Assembly: GCA_965372795.1 (NCBI GenBank)
Contig: CBDVDR010000001.1
Span: 256,001 to 320,000 of the forward strand
DNA from: an uncultured bacterium
GTDB lineage: Bacteria > Zixibacteria > MSB-5A5 > GN15 > FEB-12
Reading direction: 5' to 3'
DNA length: 64,000 bases
Part shown: one piece after another, positions 29,708 to 42,700 of the stretch
Layout of the letters: each line of letters begins with the position of its first letter
Numbering within the stretch: position 1 is the stretch's first letter
The notes under the pieces: model-generated
What the model saw: only the letters and a program-made list of their open reading frames with translations
Database searches by the model: none
What the model was told of the DNA's origin: nothing
Translations under genes and position numbers: made by a program

Positions 29708-30585
29708 TTTGTTTCTCTTATAGCTTGCAAAACTTTCAGGGCTTCAACCGTTTGCTCAACATCATGCACTCTTACTATATCGGCACCATGAAGCAGAGCC
29801 ACTACTGCCGAAGAAATCGAACCGCCTAATCTGTCCGAGGCTGGTTTGTCCGAATCATGGATCATTCCGATAAAAGATTTTCGCGAGGTTCCCACAAGCA
29901 ACGGCAGTCCGGTTTCTTTAAATTTTTTCAGACCTGCCAAAAGCTCAAGGTTATCATTCAGCCGTTTTCCAAACCCGATTCCGGGATCGAGAATAATTTT
30001 TGAACGGTCAATCCCTTTGCTTTCACAGTACGAAATTCTTTCCTTAAAAAAAAGCAATATCTCTGCGACACAATCCTGATAATTTGGTTTTTTCTGCATT
30101 CCCCCAGGCTCCCCCTGCATATGCATCAGCACGATGGGCGCTTTCCGCTTCGCCACTAATTTTGCCATTCCGGAATCAAACCGCAAAGCCGAAATATCAT
30201 TCACAATATCCGCTCCCGCATCAAGTGCCTGCCGGGCGGTTTCAGCCTTATAAGTGTCAATAGAAATCGGAACGGTGCTTTCTTTACGAATCATTTTGAT
30301 TACCGGAATCACGCGGCTAAGTTCTTCATCAAGTAAAACCGGTTCCGCTCCGGGACGGGCGGATTCTCCGCCGATATCGACAATATCCGCCCCCTGTTGT
30401 TCCATTTCGATAGCTTTTCTAAATGCCTTTTCAAGGTTTGAATATTCGCTGCCATCGGAAAAAGAATCCGGGGTGACATTCAGGATGCCCATAATCAACG
30501 GTCGGCTTAGAGCAATCTGATTACCGTTTGAAAGCGGGATCACTTTTTTTATCTCTTCAGTACGTTTTAAAATCTGTTTTGACAT
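29704..30585 (-). CDS. folP: Dihydropteroate synthase
   Basis: MGILNVTPDSFSDG, DIGGESARPG, DPGIGFGK, GTSRKSF, RVHDV. Confidence 0.97.
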   Translation of the reverse strand: MSKQILKRTEEIKKVIPLSNGNQIALSRPLIMGILNVTPDSFSDGSEYSNLEKAFRKAIEMEQQGADIVDIGGESARPGAEPVLLDEELSRVIPVIKMIRKESTVPISIDTYKAETARQALDAGADIVNDISALRFDSGMAKLVAKRKAPIVLMHMQGEPGGMQKKPNYQDCVAEILLFFKERISYCESKGIDRSKIILDPGIGFGKRLNDNLELLAGLKKFKETGLPLLVGTSRKSFIGMIHDSDKPASDRLGGSISSAVVALLHGADIVRVHDVEQTVEALKVLQAIRETK

Positions 30586-30659
30586 ATTGACCGTTAAGTT
30601 TTGTTTCTATCTTTATAGAACTTAAATCAAAGATGGAAATCAAGAATAATTCGTTTAAT

Positions 30660-30692
30660 AAAAAAAGCCGGTTTAATTAAAAACCGGCTTTT
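30660..30692 (-). terminator. Intrinsic terminator after ftsH
   Basis: aaaagccggttt...aaaccggctttt. Confidence 0.7.
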
Positions 30693-30714
30693 ACCCTAAT
30701 CTATACTCAAAATT

Positions 30715-32676
30715 TTATTTTTCAGGAGATGGAATCGGCTGTTCAACCTCTTCAACGTCACCGGAAGATTGTCCGACAATTTCATTAACTTCACGGCTAT
30801 CAATAATTTCTTTTTCAAGAAGTCTTTTAGCCAGTTTATGAAGTTTGTCGACATTTTTAGTTAAAATAACCCGGGCGACTTCTTCGGCATCCATAACGAA
30901 TCGTTTGACTTCAGAATCAATCATTTTTGCAGTATCTTCAGAGAAATCATGGCGTTGTTGAATTTCTTTACCGAGGAAAATATGTTCATCGGTTTTGCCA
31001 AGCGTAACCGGTCCGATTTTTTCAGACATGCCCCAATTACAGGTCATCTTCTTGGCTAATCGAGTAGCCCGTTCCAGATCATTCCCGGCACCTGTATCAA
31101 GCTGGTCGAAAACAATCAATTCCGCAACCCGACCACCCATAAGTACCGCCAGAGTCGATTCAAGATATTCCTTCGAATGAGTATGACGTTCGTCGACCGG
31201 TAAAGATTGAGTCACACCAAGCGCCATTCCCCGAGGAATAATTGTAACTTTGTGAACCGGGTCAGCTTTAGGCAGATATTTTGAAACTAGAGTATGACCG
31301 GCTTCATGATAAGCAATCACTTTCTTTTCTTCCGGCATTATTACCAGTGATCTTCGAGCTGAACCCATTAACACTTTATCTTTAGCTTCTTCAAAATCAT
31401 CCATTGTGACCGAATCACGATTTTTTCGTGATGCTAACAGAGCAGCTTCATTAACCATATTGGCCAGATCGGCACCGGTCATTCCGGGAGTACCCCTTGC
31501 AAGAACAGTCAGATCAACATCATCACTAATCTTAACTTTTCGAACATGAACGTTAAGAATTCCTTCTCTACCTTTAACATCAGGATTTCCAACAACAATT
31601 TGCCGATCAAATCGACCGGGACGCAACAGGGCCGGGTCGAGCACATCAGGACGGTTTGTTGCGGCAATCAAGATGACACCTTCATTAGATTCAAAGCCAT
31701 CCATTTCAACCAGCAATTGATTTAATGTTTGTTCACGTTCATCATGTCCCCCGCCTAATCCGGTTCCACGATGGCGACCAACAGCATCAATTTCATCAAT
31801 AAAGATAATACACGGGGCATTTTTCTTGCCTTGTTCAAACAGATCACGAACCCGGCTGGCACCAACCCCGACAAACATCTCGACAAAATCCGAACCCGAC
31901 ATCGAGAAAAACGGCACGCCTGCTTCACCAGCCACAGCTCTTGCAAGCAAAGTTTTACCGGTTCCCGGAGGACCCAGCAAAAGAGCGCCTTTGGGAATTT
32001 TCCCGCCCAGTTTCTGGAATTTACCGGGCTCATTGAGAAATTCGATTATTTCCATCAGTTCTTCTTTTGCCTCTTCGGCTCCAGCAACATCCTTAAAAGT
32101 TACTTTTGGACGTTCATCAGTTATAAGTTTGGCTTTACTTTTCCCAAAAGAAAATAGTCCTTTTGGACCTGAACCGCCTTGCATCTGCTTTATAAAAAAC
32201 AGCCAGAGAAGGATAAGAAATATCCAGGGGGCTATTGAGATAAGGATCGAGAATAGATCGGGACCTTTTATTTTAGCCGTAATGTTGATATCGTTTTCTT
32301 CGAGCCTTTTTACAATTTCATAATTTATATCCGGAAACGGAATACGGGTTTTAAATTTGGAATAGGAATTTGAAGAATTTGATGAAGCAAAAATTTGGGC
32401 TTCACTGAGTCGACCTTCAATTTCCTGATCAGTAAAGGATACTTCCAGAACATTGTTGTTATTAATTTGAGTATTAAACTCGGAGTAAGTAATTTCTACA
32501 AAATCCTGATTTAATCCTGTATAGTAAGTATAAAAGACGATTACAATCAGAAAGAGCGCGAACCAGAACATCATCGACTTGCCGGTGCTTCGCCACCCCA
32601 TCGGTTCTTTTTGTTTTCCGTCTTTATCCTTATTTAAGTTCTTATCTTTATCTTTTTTATTCATCAAATCTGACAC
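30715..32676 (-). CDS. ftsH: ATP-dependent zinc metalloprotease FtsH
   Basis: Two TMs, [26 protein letters not shown]. Confidence 0.98.
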   Translation of the reverse strand: MSDLMNKKDKDKNLNKDKDGKQKEPMGWRSTGKSMMFWFALFLIVIVFYTYYTGLNQDFVEITYSEFNTQINNNNVLEVSFTDQEIEGRLSEAQIFASSNSSNSYSKFKTRIPFPDINYEIVKRLEENDINITAKIKGPDLFSILISIAPWIFLILLWLFFIKQMQGGSGPKGLFSFGKSKAKLITDERPKVTFKDVAGAEEAKEELMEIIEFLNEPGKFQKLGGKIPKGALLLGPPGTGKTLLARAVAGEAGVPFFSMSGSDFVEMFVGVGASRVRDLFEQGKKNAPCIIFIDEIDAVGRHRGTGLGGGHDEREQTLNQLLVEMDGFESNEGVILIAATNRPDVLDPALLRPGRFDRQIVVGNPDVKGREGILNVHVRKVKISDDVDLTVLARGTPGMTGADLANMVNEAALLASRKNRDSVTMDDFEEAKDKVLMGSARRSLVIMPEEKKVIAYHEAGHTLVSKYLPKADPVHKVTIIPRGMALGVTQSLPVDERHTHSKEYLESTLAVLMGGRVAELIVFDQLDTGAGNDLERATRLAKKMTCNWGMSEKIGPVTLGKTDEHIFLGKEIQQRHDFSEDTAKMIDSEVKRFVMDAEEVARVILTKNVDKLHKLAKRLLEKEIIDSREVNEIVGQSSGDVEEVEQPIPSPEK

Positions 32677-32756
32677 AGGTTCTCCAGTCTAAAGTTAACT
32701 TTCATGTTATACAAAGGTTATGAGACTATATTCGATAATTATCCTAAAAAGTTACA

Positions 32757-33308
32757 TTATTCATCAACAACTTTACCAATAAACGGCAGATTTCTAAATT
32801 TCTGGGTATTGTCAAGCCCATAGCCAATTACAAAATCATTAGCGATAGAAAATCCTTTATATTTTATTTCCAACTTTGTCCGGTGACTACCCGGTTTGTC
32901 TAATAAGGTAACAATCTCTACAGATTCAGGTTCCATTTTCTTGAATTCTTTAACTAATGTCGTAACGGTTTTCCCGGTATCTACGACACCCTCAACTATT
33001 AAAACATGTTTCCCTGATATAGAGAAAGAATTATGTCCCCGGAGTTTAACTTTTTCATCCTGCGTTTTACCTTTTCGATACGAAGCTGCAGTAACAAATT
33101 CCAATTCCAGAGGAAGCTTGATTTGTCGGATCAGATCAGAAAGGAAAATAACACACCCTTTTAAAACTCCCACAAATACAATATGTTTATCAGAATAATC
33201 TTTGGTAATCTGTTTACCGAGTTCTGTAACCCGTTTTGCAATAGTCTTTTGATCTAAAAGAAGCTCAAAAGGCATTCGCTCAATTTTCTTTTCGTCGAGT
33301 GCATCCAA
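32757..33308 (-). CDS. hpt: Hypoxanthine phosphoribosyltransferase (variant PRPP loop)
   Basis: VGVLKG, VLIVEGVVDTGKT, LLDKP, FVIGYGLD; tilS-hpt-ftsH synteny. Confidence 0.9.
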   Translation of the reverse strand: MDALDEKKIERMPFELLLDQKTIAKRVTELGKQITKDYSDKHIVFVGVLKGCVIFLSDLIRQIKLPLELEFVTAASYRKGKTQDEKVKLRGHNSFSISGKHVLIVEGVVDTGKTVTTLVKEFKKMEPESVEIVTLLDKPGSHRTKLEIKYKGFSIANDFVIGYGLDNTQKFRNLPFIGKVVDE

Positions 33309-34662
33309 TTCTGTATATCCTCTTTGTAGATTTTGTAATTTTTACTCTCTCACTAATTTCCTGCCCAACAAGCCATATAATCCCTTTTTGATCACAGACA
33401 ACAGGGATTTCATCTCTCATTACCCGGGCAATTTTTTTATCAGTCAGATAGTCGCCTATCTTTTTTCGACCTTTCATCCCCAAAAACATACATTTATCGC
33501 CAATCTCAATATTCCTGATTATTAATGGTAAATCAAGTTTTTCTCTATCAATATAGACGGTCATTTTACTTATTTTTTTGAAATCGGGCAAACTTTTACT
33601 TCGATTTGCTGAAATTTTAAAATTTAAAGCAGGAGTGATCAATTTTACCTGTTTACCCGGTCTAAAATCTTCATGGTAGATTAGTTTATCGCGGTTTGAA
33701 ATAATTAGAAATTCTTTTAAAACTACAACTTGAATTCTCCCGGGTACAGAGATCTCCTTCCCTTTATTAATTGCAAATTCCACCAGTCGATTTACTACTG
33801 TCTTGTCAGGCATCAAATTATCGTTTGAAACTTTTGTCAGACAATGCCTTATAACTCTTCGCCTAAGCCATAAATCATAACTGTTAAAGGAGTTCAAATC
33901 AAGCTGAATTTTACCGCCGGCTGTGATTGACACAGATTTTCTGATCATTTTAGCTGAAATTTTTTCAAGAAATTTATCTTCTTCGACTGCAGTCTCAGCA
34001 AGATTCACCAGTGCAGAATTTACCGATGGGTTTAAGTTTTTGCGAATATCTTTTAATAGCCGGTTTCGAATAAAATTTCTTTTATAGTCATTATTGAAAT
34101 TTGACTGATCGATACAGTATTTTATTCCGTTTTCATTCAAAAAAGATAAAATTTCTTCTCTGGATAAATTCAATAACGGCCTGATAATCTGTCCTCGTTG
34201 GATAGGAATTCCTTTTAAACCGGTAATCCCGGTGCCCCTGAGAATGCGAAACAAAACAGTTTCCGCTTGATCGCCCTGGTGATGACCTAAGCAAATTTTA
34301 TTTAAGCCTGATTCTGATGCGATTCTTTCAAAGGTTTCATATCTAAAATCCCGAGCTGTTTCTTCTATCCCTTTTTTTTGTTCTTTGGCAAGTTTTGGAA
34401 TATTGATCGTTTCAATGTGCAATGGGATATTTAGTTCATGACATAATTCCCGACAAAAAGATTCTTCTTTTTTTGAAGCTTGGGGTCGGATTTGATGGTT
34501 GATATGGACAGCTTCTAAATTAAGGTTAAATCTTTTCTTTATTCTACAAAGCAGATATAACAAGGCAACCGAGTCGGGACCACCTGAAAGAGCGACCAAA
34601 ATTGAATCTTTTTTGATTATAAGTTTAAATTCAAAAATTGTCTTAATTACTTTGTCAATCAT
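33280..34662 (-). CDS. tilS: tRNA(Ile)-lysidine synthase
   Basis: ALSGGPDS, HINHQIR, EETARDFRY, GHHQGDQAET, IIRPLL, RNFIRN. Confidence 0.96.
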   Translation of the reverse strand: MIDKVIKTIFEFKLIIKKDSILVALSGGPDSVALLYLLCRIKKRFNLNLEAVHINHQIRPQASKKEESFCRELCHELNIPLHIETINIPKLAKEQKKGIEETARDFRYETFERIASESGLNKICLGHHQGDQAETVLFRILRGTGITGLKGIPIQRGQIIRPLLNLSREEILSFLNENGIKYCIDQSNFNNDYKRNFIRNRLLKDIRKNLNPSVNSALVNLAETAVEEDKFLEKISAKMIRKSVSITAGGKIQLDLNSFNSYDLWLRRRVIRHCLTKVSNDNLMPDKTVVNRLVEFAINKGKEISVPGRIQVVVLKEFLIISNRDKLIYHEDFRPGKQVKLITPALNFKISANRSKSLPDFKKISKMTVYIDREKLDLPLIIRNIEIGDKCMFLGMKGRKKIGDYLTDKKIARVMRDEIPVVCDQKGIIWLVGQEISERVKITKSTKRIYRIGCTRRKEN

Positions 34663-34710
34663 ATCATAATTAACAGTTTTTTTAAAATTAAGTCAAACTT
34701 CTAAAAGCAT

Positions 34711-34745
34711 AAAAAAACCCCCGATTATTTAAATCGGGGGTTTTT
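34711..34745. terminator. Intrinsic terminator after the K+ channel gene
   Basis: aaaaaaacccccgatt-att-taaatcgggggttttt. Confidence 0.75.
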
Positions 34746-34771
34746 ATAATTTGAGAAGTTTTTATATGAAC

Positions 34772-35788
34772 TTAAACGATATCTTTTTCAAGTCTTTTTA
34801 AACCATCAGTGGGACCGATAAGCACTAAAATATCAGCTTCTTCTAAAACAGTATCCGGTTCTGGTGCGATTGTAATACTTTTTCCCGGTTGTTTGATGCC
34901 TATTAGAGTGATACTGTAATCTTTTTTAAGATTCGATTCAATTAATGTCTTGCCGGCAAGTTTACATCCTGAGGGCACGATGAGTTCCTCAATTGAAAGA
35001 CCTCCTTCACCCAAGGAAGTCATACTCATAAAGTCCATCACATTGGGCCTCATAGATGCCATTGCCATTCTAATGCCGCCTAATTCATGAGGTATAACAA
35101 CATGATTCGCTCCGGCACGGAGCAGTTTTTTTTCTCCTCCTTCATAATCGGCACGGGCGATAATTTTTAAATCCCGATTCATATCTCGGGCAGTAAGGGT
35201 TAGATAAACATTTTGAGCTTCCTCAGGTAAAGTAGAAATAAGGGTCTTAGCATTTTTAATTCCAGCTCTGATAAGAGTATCGTCGTCGGTAGCATCTCCT
35301 TCAACAACGGGAATCCCTTTATCAATTAATTCAGAAATAGACTTTTCGTTCTTTTCAATAACAACAAAAGATTCTTTTTCCCGGAAGAATTCAAAGGCAA
35401 CATGCCTGCCTACTCGGCCGAATCCGGCAATAATGAAATGGTTGCTCATCTTTTTTATTTTACTTTCCATTTTTCTCCTTCCATATATCTCTTGGAACTG
35501 CCCCTCCAGTGCTAACTGTCCGATTACTGAAATAGTAAAACCGGCAATACTAACCCCGACAAGAATTAGAAAGATGACAAAGATTCTTCCGATTTCATGA
35601 AGCGGCGATATTTCACTGAAACCTACAGTTGAAAGTGTGATAACAGTCATATAGAGAGAATCCAGAAAAGTCATTTCCTCGATAAACATAAACCCGATAG
35701 TTCCAAAAGCCAAAACTATTACTATCCCAAAGATAGCACCTCTTAGTTTTTGGATAGGGGATAGGGTGTTATTATTTAATTCTCTCAT
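34772..35788 (-). CDS. MthK/Kch-like potassium channel with RCK_N and RCK_C domains
   Basis: Pore TVITLSTVGFSE; IIAGFGRVG; GDAT; TrkA-C-like tail. Confidence 0.88.
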   Translation of the reverse strand: MRELNNNTLSPIQKLRGAIFGIVIVLAFGTIGFMFIEEMTFLDSLYMTVITLSTVGFSEISPLHEIGRIFVIFLILVGVSIAGFTISVIGQLALEGQFQEIYGRRKMESKIKKMSNHFIIAGFGRVGRHVAFEFFREKESFVVIEKNEKSISELIDKGIPVVEGDATDDDTLIRAGIKNAKTLISTLPEEAQNVYLTLTARDMNRDLKIIARADYEGGEKKLLRAGANHVVIPHELGGIRMAMASMRPNVMDFMSMTSLGEGGLSIEELIVPSGCKLAGKTLIESNLKKDYSITLIGIKQPGKSITIAPEPDTVLEEADILVLIGPTDGLKRLEKDIV

Positions 35789-35987
35789 ACGATGAGATAA
35801 TATGTTTTAATTTGCATATATTCCACAAAAAACATGCACAAAAAAAACATTTTTCCAGCTTGGATTTTCTGATAATTTTTTTAGCGCAAAAATTGCACAT
35901 TTTAGTTGCAATAATTTAAATTTGAAGTTTTTCTTAAAATAGTTATGAAAAAGATATTAATTAATAGATACAAATTCGGTTGAAATC

Positions 35988-36389
35988 ATGACGACTAAAA
36001 ATAATAACAAATATAAGATATTTTTCCGCTATCATTTTCCTCTAATTATATATGCCGCAACAGTTATCATTCTTTCTTCAATCCCCGAACTGGGGATAAA
36101 GAAATTTCGTTTTCTATTTGTTGATAAAGCTGCACATTTTGTAGAATATGCCATTTTATCGGCCTTAACTTTCCGTTCATTTTACCAAATATTCCACAAA
36201 GACAATATCAATAAAGCACTTATCCTATCCGGCGCCTTTTTAATCGGGTTTGCTACTTTTGATGAAATTTACCAGAGTTTTATTCCCGGTCGTCATTCTG
36301 ATATCTATGATTTAGCGACAGACATTTTTGGTTCATCTTTGGTACTAATCTTGCTTCAATACCGTTATAAAAGATTGAATAAGAGCTGA
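35988..36389 (+). CDS. VanZ-family membrane protein
   Basis: DKAAHFVEYAIL, DEIYQSFIPGR, D...D. Confidence 0.85.
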   Translation: MTTKNNNKYKIFFRYHFPLIIYAATVIILSSIPELGIKKFRFLFVDKAAHFVEYAILSALTFRSFYQIFHKDNINKALILSGAFLIGFATFDEIYQSFIPGRHSDIYDLATDIFGSSLVLILLQYRYKRLNKS

Positions 36390-36421
36390 TTAACAGTAAT
36401 TATGTTAAATACTCAGAGGTG

Positions 36422-36449
36422 TTGACAAATGAGGCTAATACGCTATATT
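36422..36449 (+). promoter_or_regulatory. sigma70-type promoter with ~280-nt leader to the 2092-aa gene
   Basis: TTGACA-N16-TATATT. Confidence 0.4.
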
Positions 36450-36730
36450 GCCCGTAGCTAGAGAAAAAATTACACACCTTTTTTAATGTGAGTATTAATA
36501 CATACCAAATTGTTCTGACGTTATTGAGTTCAATTATTAACTAAAAATTATTGGTGAGCCTTTGTTTTTTTTGAGTCGAATGAAAATCTATTTAGCATTT
36601 GAATTTATATGAAGCCAAGGGTAACAGAATTTTCAAAAATAGAGTTTTTGAACTGTGTTTAATAAATTGCAGATAGTTCTGCACAAAAATGGAAAAAATA
36701 AACTTTAAATCTTATTAAGGAGTTCGGTAG

Positions 36731-39700
36731 ATGCGAACAAAACTTCTTTTCGGTCTTATCACTTTCCTTCTCCTCACAACAGGTGCAGCTTGGGGTCAAA
36801 CTCAAATGAATCTGGACCATGTTGAAGGCTTGACGCCAGAATTAACTTTAACTGCCGATGGTATTACCCCAATTATATTTCATATAGGGATGAATAATAC
36901 TTCAGGTTCAAATATTAAAGGCTGGACCAATGGATTTCATGTCTATACAACTACAGGTGCCCAATGGACCATCCCTGCCAGTGATACTATCGGGTATTAT
37001 ACCGGGGTAATTCTTCCAAGCATGGCTGAACAAAAATTTGTCAATCAGTTCAGTGTTGATGGAATAGGTGCCGACACAGTTGGTTTTGGAGGCTTTTCGT
37101 TATTTGCCCCGGGTATTCCAACTGATTTAAACGAAATTGTCTGGACAATAAATATTGGTACAATTGATCCTGCCTACAACGGTGGCGAGATTTGTTTAGA
37201 TACTTCATTCTACCCTCCGGCTGGTGGTTGGAGTTGGTCAACACCAAGTGGTCCAGTTCTACCAACCTGGGGTGGACCTCAGTGTTTTGCTATTGGTGAA
37301 GCTGCTTCCAATACCGCCCCGGTTTTTAATCCGATTGGTAATAAAATTGGTGCAGAGAATTCAAATCTGACTTTTGTAGTATCAGCAACCGATGCTGATT
37401 TAGACCCGTTAACATATTCGATCACTTCCACTGATTTACCGACAGGATATACTTTTGTTGACGGTACTTTCGACTGGACTCCTTCATTTAGTGATGAAGG
37501 TGCTTATACGGTAACTTTCCAGGTATCTGATGGAACAGATACTGATGAAGAAATCATATCTATTACTATCGCAAATACAAATCAGGCTCCGATTTTAAGC
37601 GCCATTGGTGACAAATCTACTGATGAAGGTATAAATTTATCCTTCCCGGTTTTCGGATCTGACCCTGATGGTGATGATCTTACTTATTCAATAACATCAA
37701 CAGATTTACCAACCGGTTATACTTTTGCAGCTTCAATTTTCAATTGGAATCCTGCTTTTGATGAAGCCGGTGTTTATTCTGTAACATTCCAGGCTTCAGA
37801 TGGTGATGATACTGATGAAGAGACTATTACTATTACAGTACTCAATACTAATCGCGCTCCGGAGTTAAATGCTATCGGTAATAAAGAAACCGATGAGGGT
37901 GTTAATCTGAATTTTGCCGTTACCGGCAGTGATCCGGATGCAGACGCTGTAACCTTCTCAATTACTGATACGGATCTTCCAGCAGGTTATACTTTTGTTG
38001 GCGGTGTTTTTGACTGGACCCCGGGTTCTACCGATGATGGAATTTATTCTGTTACATTTGAGATTTCTGATGGTCTTCTTACTGCTGATGAAACAATCTC
38101 GATTACTGTTATCGATGTTAATAACGCCCCGGTATTTGATCCTTTAGCTGATCAAATCGTGAGTGAAAACAGTAATCTGAATTTTGCTGTAAATGCAATT
38201 GATCCTGAAGGTGATGGTTTAACTTACTCAATTTCTGCCTCTGACCTTCCGGGTGGACATACCTTTGTAGGAAGCACCTTTGACTGGACACCAACATTTG
38301 ATGATGAAGGTGTTTACTCGGTAACATTCAGTGTGACTGATGGAGTTAATCCTGCGGTTGAGCAGATAATTTCAATTACGGTCAATAATACAAACCGTGC
38401 TCCTGTTTTCAATCCAATTGCTGATCAAATCGTGAGTGAAGACAGTAATTTGAATTTTGCTGTCAGTGCAACAGATGCTGACCTTGATGGTTTAACTTAT
38501 AGCATTACTACTAATGATCTTCCGGGTGGGCATACCTTTATAGACGGAGTCTTTGATTGGACGCCTACATTTGATGATGAAGGTATTTACTCGGTAACAT
38601 TCTCAGTTACTGATGGTGCTGATGCTGTTGAAACAACAATCTCTGTTACTGTAAATAACACAAACCGGGCACCTGTTCTTGGTTCAATTGGCAATCAAGA
38701 AATAGATGAAGGCGCTCTTTTAACCTTTACTGCTTCGGCAACCGATGATGATGGTGAAGCTCTTACATTTAGTATAACCGCTACTGATTTACCGATTGGA
38801 TATACTTTTGTAGACGGAGTTTTTGAATGGACACCCGGATTTACAGAAGCCAGTGTTTATAGTGCTACAATAGAAGTCACTGATGGTGATTTAACTGATA
38901 CTGAAACAATTTCAATAACAGTTAATGATTCACCACGCTGGGTATTGGACCCGATTGGTGACAAAGAAGTTTCAGAAAACTCCAATTTAACTTTCCCGGT
39001 TCCTTTCAGTAATCCTGATAGCGAAATATTAACTCTGACAGCTAGCGGTGTTCCTGTCGGTGCTACTTTTGACGGCATTGAGTTTGTCTGGAACACTACT
39101 TTTGATGATGAAGGTGAATATTTTGTAACCTTTACCCTAACAGATGGCGACATTGTTAAAGATGAAACCATTTCAATATTAGTTACTAATGTTAACCGGG
39201 CTCCGGTATTAACAGCTATTGGTGATAAATTTGTTGATGAAGATGCGAATCTGAATTTTGCTCTTGCAGCAACTGATGATGATGGTGATGATTTGACATT
39301 CTCAATAAGTGCCACCGATCTTCCGGTTGGTTATACTTTTGTAGATGGTGTCTTTGACTGGACGACTACTTTTGATGATGAAGGCGTTTACTCGGCTACT
39401 TTTGTGGTCTCCGATGGCGATGACACATCTGAAGAAACAATTGCCATTACAGTCACCGATGTTAACCGTGCTCCTTCGATTGACTCCCCCGGAGATAAGA
39501 TTGTAAACGAAGGCGTCAATCTGAACTTTGCTGTTACCGGTGATGATCCGGATGGTGACGGGCTTACATTTAGTATTTCCTCAACTAATCTTCCGGTTGG
39601 ATATACATTTGTAGACGGTGTTTTTGACTGGATCCCTGGTTTTGAAGATGCAGGAATTTATTCTGCTACCTTCCAGGTAACCGATGGTGAGTTCACCGCC

Positions 39701-42700
39701 GAAACAACTATTACAATTGAAGTTGTAAACTTTGCCCGTTGGTCACTTATTCCTATCGGTGATAAAGAAGTATTAGAGAATGACAATCTTGGATTCACAA
39801 TTACATACAGCAATCCAGATAGTGATGATCTTACTCTTACTTCAACTGCTTTACCGGGAACTGCAACATTGACCGGTGATGTTTTTGACTGGACAACAAC
39901 TTTTGATGATGCCGGTATTTATCCGGTAACATTTACTATTACCGATGGCGTCTTTTCTCAAGACGAAACAATTAATATCACTGTTACCAATGTCAACCGC
40001 GCTCCGGAAATGACTTTAATTGGTAACAAAGAGACTGATGAAAATATAAACTTGAACTTTACCGTTCTTGCAACCGATGATGATGGCGATGCATTGACAT
40101 TCTCAATCAGTGCCACTGATCTTCCGGTTGGATATACTTTTGTTGATGGTGTCTTTGACTGGACACCAAGCTTTGATGATGACGGTGTTTATAGTGCAAC
40201 ATTCTCAGTAACTGATGGTACTGATGCAGTAGAAGAAATTATCAGTATCACGGTCAATAATGTAAACCGTGTGCCGGTATTAACCGCTATCGGTGATAAA
40301 ACCGGTTCAGAGAACAGCCAATTGACCTTTGTTATTGTTGGTTCTGACCCTGATGGTGATGATCTGATTTATACAATGACTTCAATTGATTTACCGGTTG
40401 AAGCATCCTTTGATGTAAATACTCAGACTTTTGACTGGACTCCTGCTTTTGGAGAAGCGGAAACTTACTCAGCTACCTTTACGGTATCTGATGGTGTTCT
40501 AAGTACTGAAGAAACCATCAGTATTGTAATTTCTGCTACAAACCGAACTCCGGTTGTAGATGCAATTGATGATTTCAATATTGATGAATGTGATGTTATA
40601 GATGTAATCTTTACTTCTACTGACCCGGATGGTGATGCCCTTGCATTGTCAGTGGCTACTTTGGTTGACGGTATGACATTCACCGATTTAGGTGATGGTA
40701 CCGGACGCTTCCAGTACAACCCGACTTATGACAGTGAAGGTTCTTACCCGCTTACTTTAACAGTTTTTGATGGTTCAGAATCTGTCTTAGAAGACTTCAC
40801 AGTTAATGTAACTGACTGTTTACCTCCTTATATTCTCAGCTTAGGTTCACCGGCAACAGTGCCGGGTTCAAGAGTCGCGATAGCTTTGACTTATGAAAAT
40901 GCCTGTGAATTAGTCAACATGACTTCAACCATTGGTTGGACTTCAGAACTGATGAATCTTGATTCAGTAAGTTTTGTTGGAAGCAATGTTGATTACCTCG
41001 TTGGTAACAGTTCAGAAATATTAGCAGGTACTGCCACTATCAATAGTGAAGTAGGTGCCGGTGAAACAAATATCCCTGCGGGCGGCGGACTTTTCGCAAC
41101 CCTTCATTTCTCACTTGATGCCGGTATTGCAGAAAACCTTTATCCGATTACAATAAATTCATCGCAGTTTGTTTATGACTGTGGCGAAGGTCTGCTAATT
41201 GCTGATCCGCTTGTTATCAATGGCGGTGTCTTGATTCAGTTCACTGAGACATTTGTCTGCGGTACTGTTATTGATGACCTTGGTGTTCCTATTGAAGGAT
41301 CAACAGTTGAACTCTGGGATGACTTCCCATTTGCTAAAGGGGTGCAATTATCGACTACAACCAACAGCTTTGGTTCATTTGCTTTTGCAGATGTTGCTGT
41401 TGGAACCTTCTCCCTTTATGCTTATCAGGAAAGTTACTATCCTGGAATCGAAAGAGATCTTAACTCCGGTACAACCGGAATTATGATAACACAGAAAGCT
41501 GTTCCGGCAGTTGTTATGGGTCCGGAATGGGTCAACCTTTACTGTGATTTTAATACTTTGAATGATGTGGCGGTACCTGTTGGTACAGTTATCGACGCAT
41601 ATTCAATTGATGGCGTTCATGCCGGTACCTATTATGTCACAACCGAAGGCAGCTACGGCTTTATGTCGGTCTACGGTTCTGATATTTACAGTGGTAATGG
41701 CGGAATATTAAAAGATGAACCGATTCGTCTGTTCATAAACGAAATTGAAGCATTCTCCGGCACCGATCCAACCTGGACCGGTAATGGTGATAGAATTGAA
41801 GCCTGTTTGTCAGCTTCTCATATAACAACTCAATCCTGTGAATTAGTTGAAGGATGGAATCTTGTCAGTTGGAGAAACGATACCAACAATGACGAGATCG
41901 CCAATGTTTTAGCATCTTTAGGCGACTGTATTGAAGTTGTCCTTGGATTTGAACAAGGCGGTTTAACTTATGATCCTACCCTTCCTGCATTTTCAACTTT
42001 GAATGAAGTCGATCATTTGAGTGGTTACTGGATTAAAATAGCCCAGGGTTGTGCTACCACGATGCTTGAAATCGATGGTGCCCCGGTACCGGCTATTTCT
42101 CCTATCTCATTAACTACCGGATGGAACCTTGTATCTTATCTGCCTGAAGAAACTCTTCCGACAGAAAATGCTCTTGGTTCAATCCATGATAATTTGACCA
42201 TAGCACTTGGCTTTGATGGAGCAGGTTTAACCTACACACCGAATAATCCAAATGCGACTGATATGGATGATATGAGTTCATGCTTTGGCTACTGGGTTAA
42301 AGTTACTCAGGATGATATCCTAACTTACCCGGGTGCGGGAACTCCGGCTAAAGCCGTAGTAAGCACAGCCAAGCTTGCAACAGATGCCGGTAAGAATATA
42401 CCTAAATCAACAAGCTGGGTTAATCTGTACTCTCATCAATTGACCTTAAACGATATCTCTATCGGTTCCGGTTCAGAGATTACAGCTCATAATCTTAATG
42501 GTGATATCATCGGAAGTTACACTATCGGTGAAAGTGGTCGATTTGGTTTCATGTCAGTTTATGCTGATGACCCGACCTCTAAGGATGTTGATGGTGTTGT
42601 CGCCGGTGAATCATTCTACCTTTCAGTTGATGGTCATAAAACCAACGAAACCTTTACCTGGACTCAGAGTGGTGATAGAATTGAAGTCGCTGCCTTGACG

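Noticed and set aside
35880..35912. sigma54 promoter upstream of vanZ (tagcgc-aaaaa-ttgca)
   Set aside because: Lacks the invariant GG at -24
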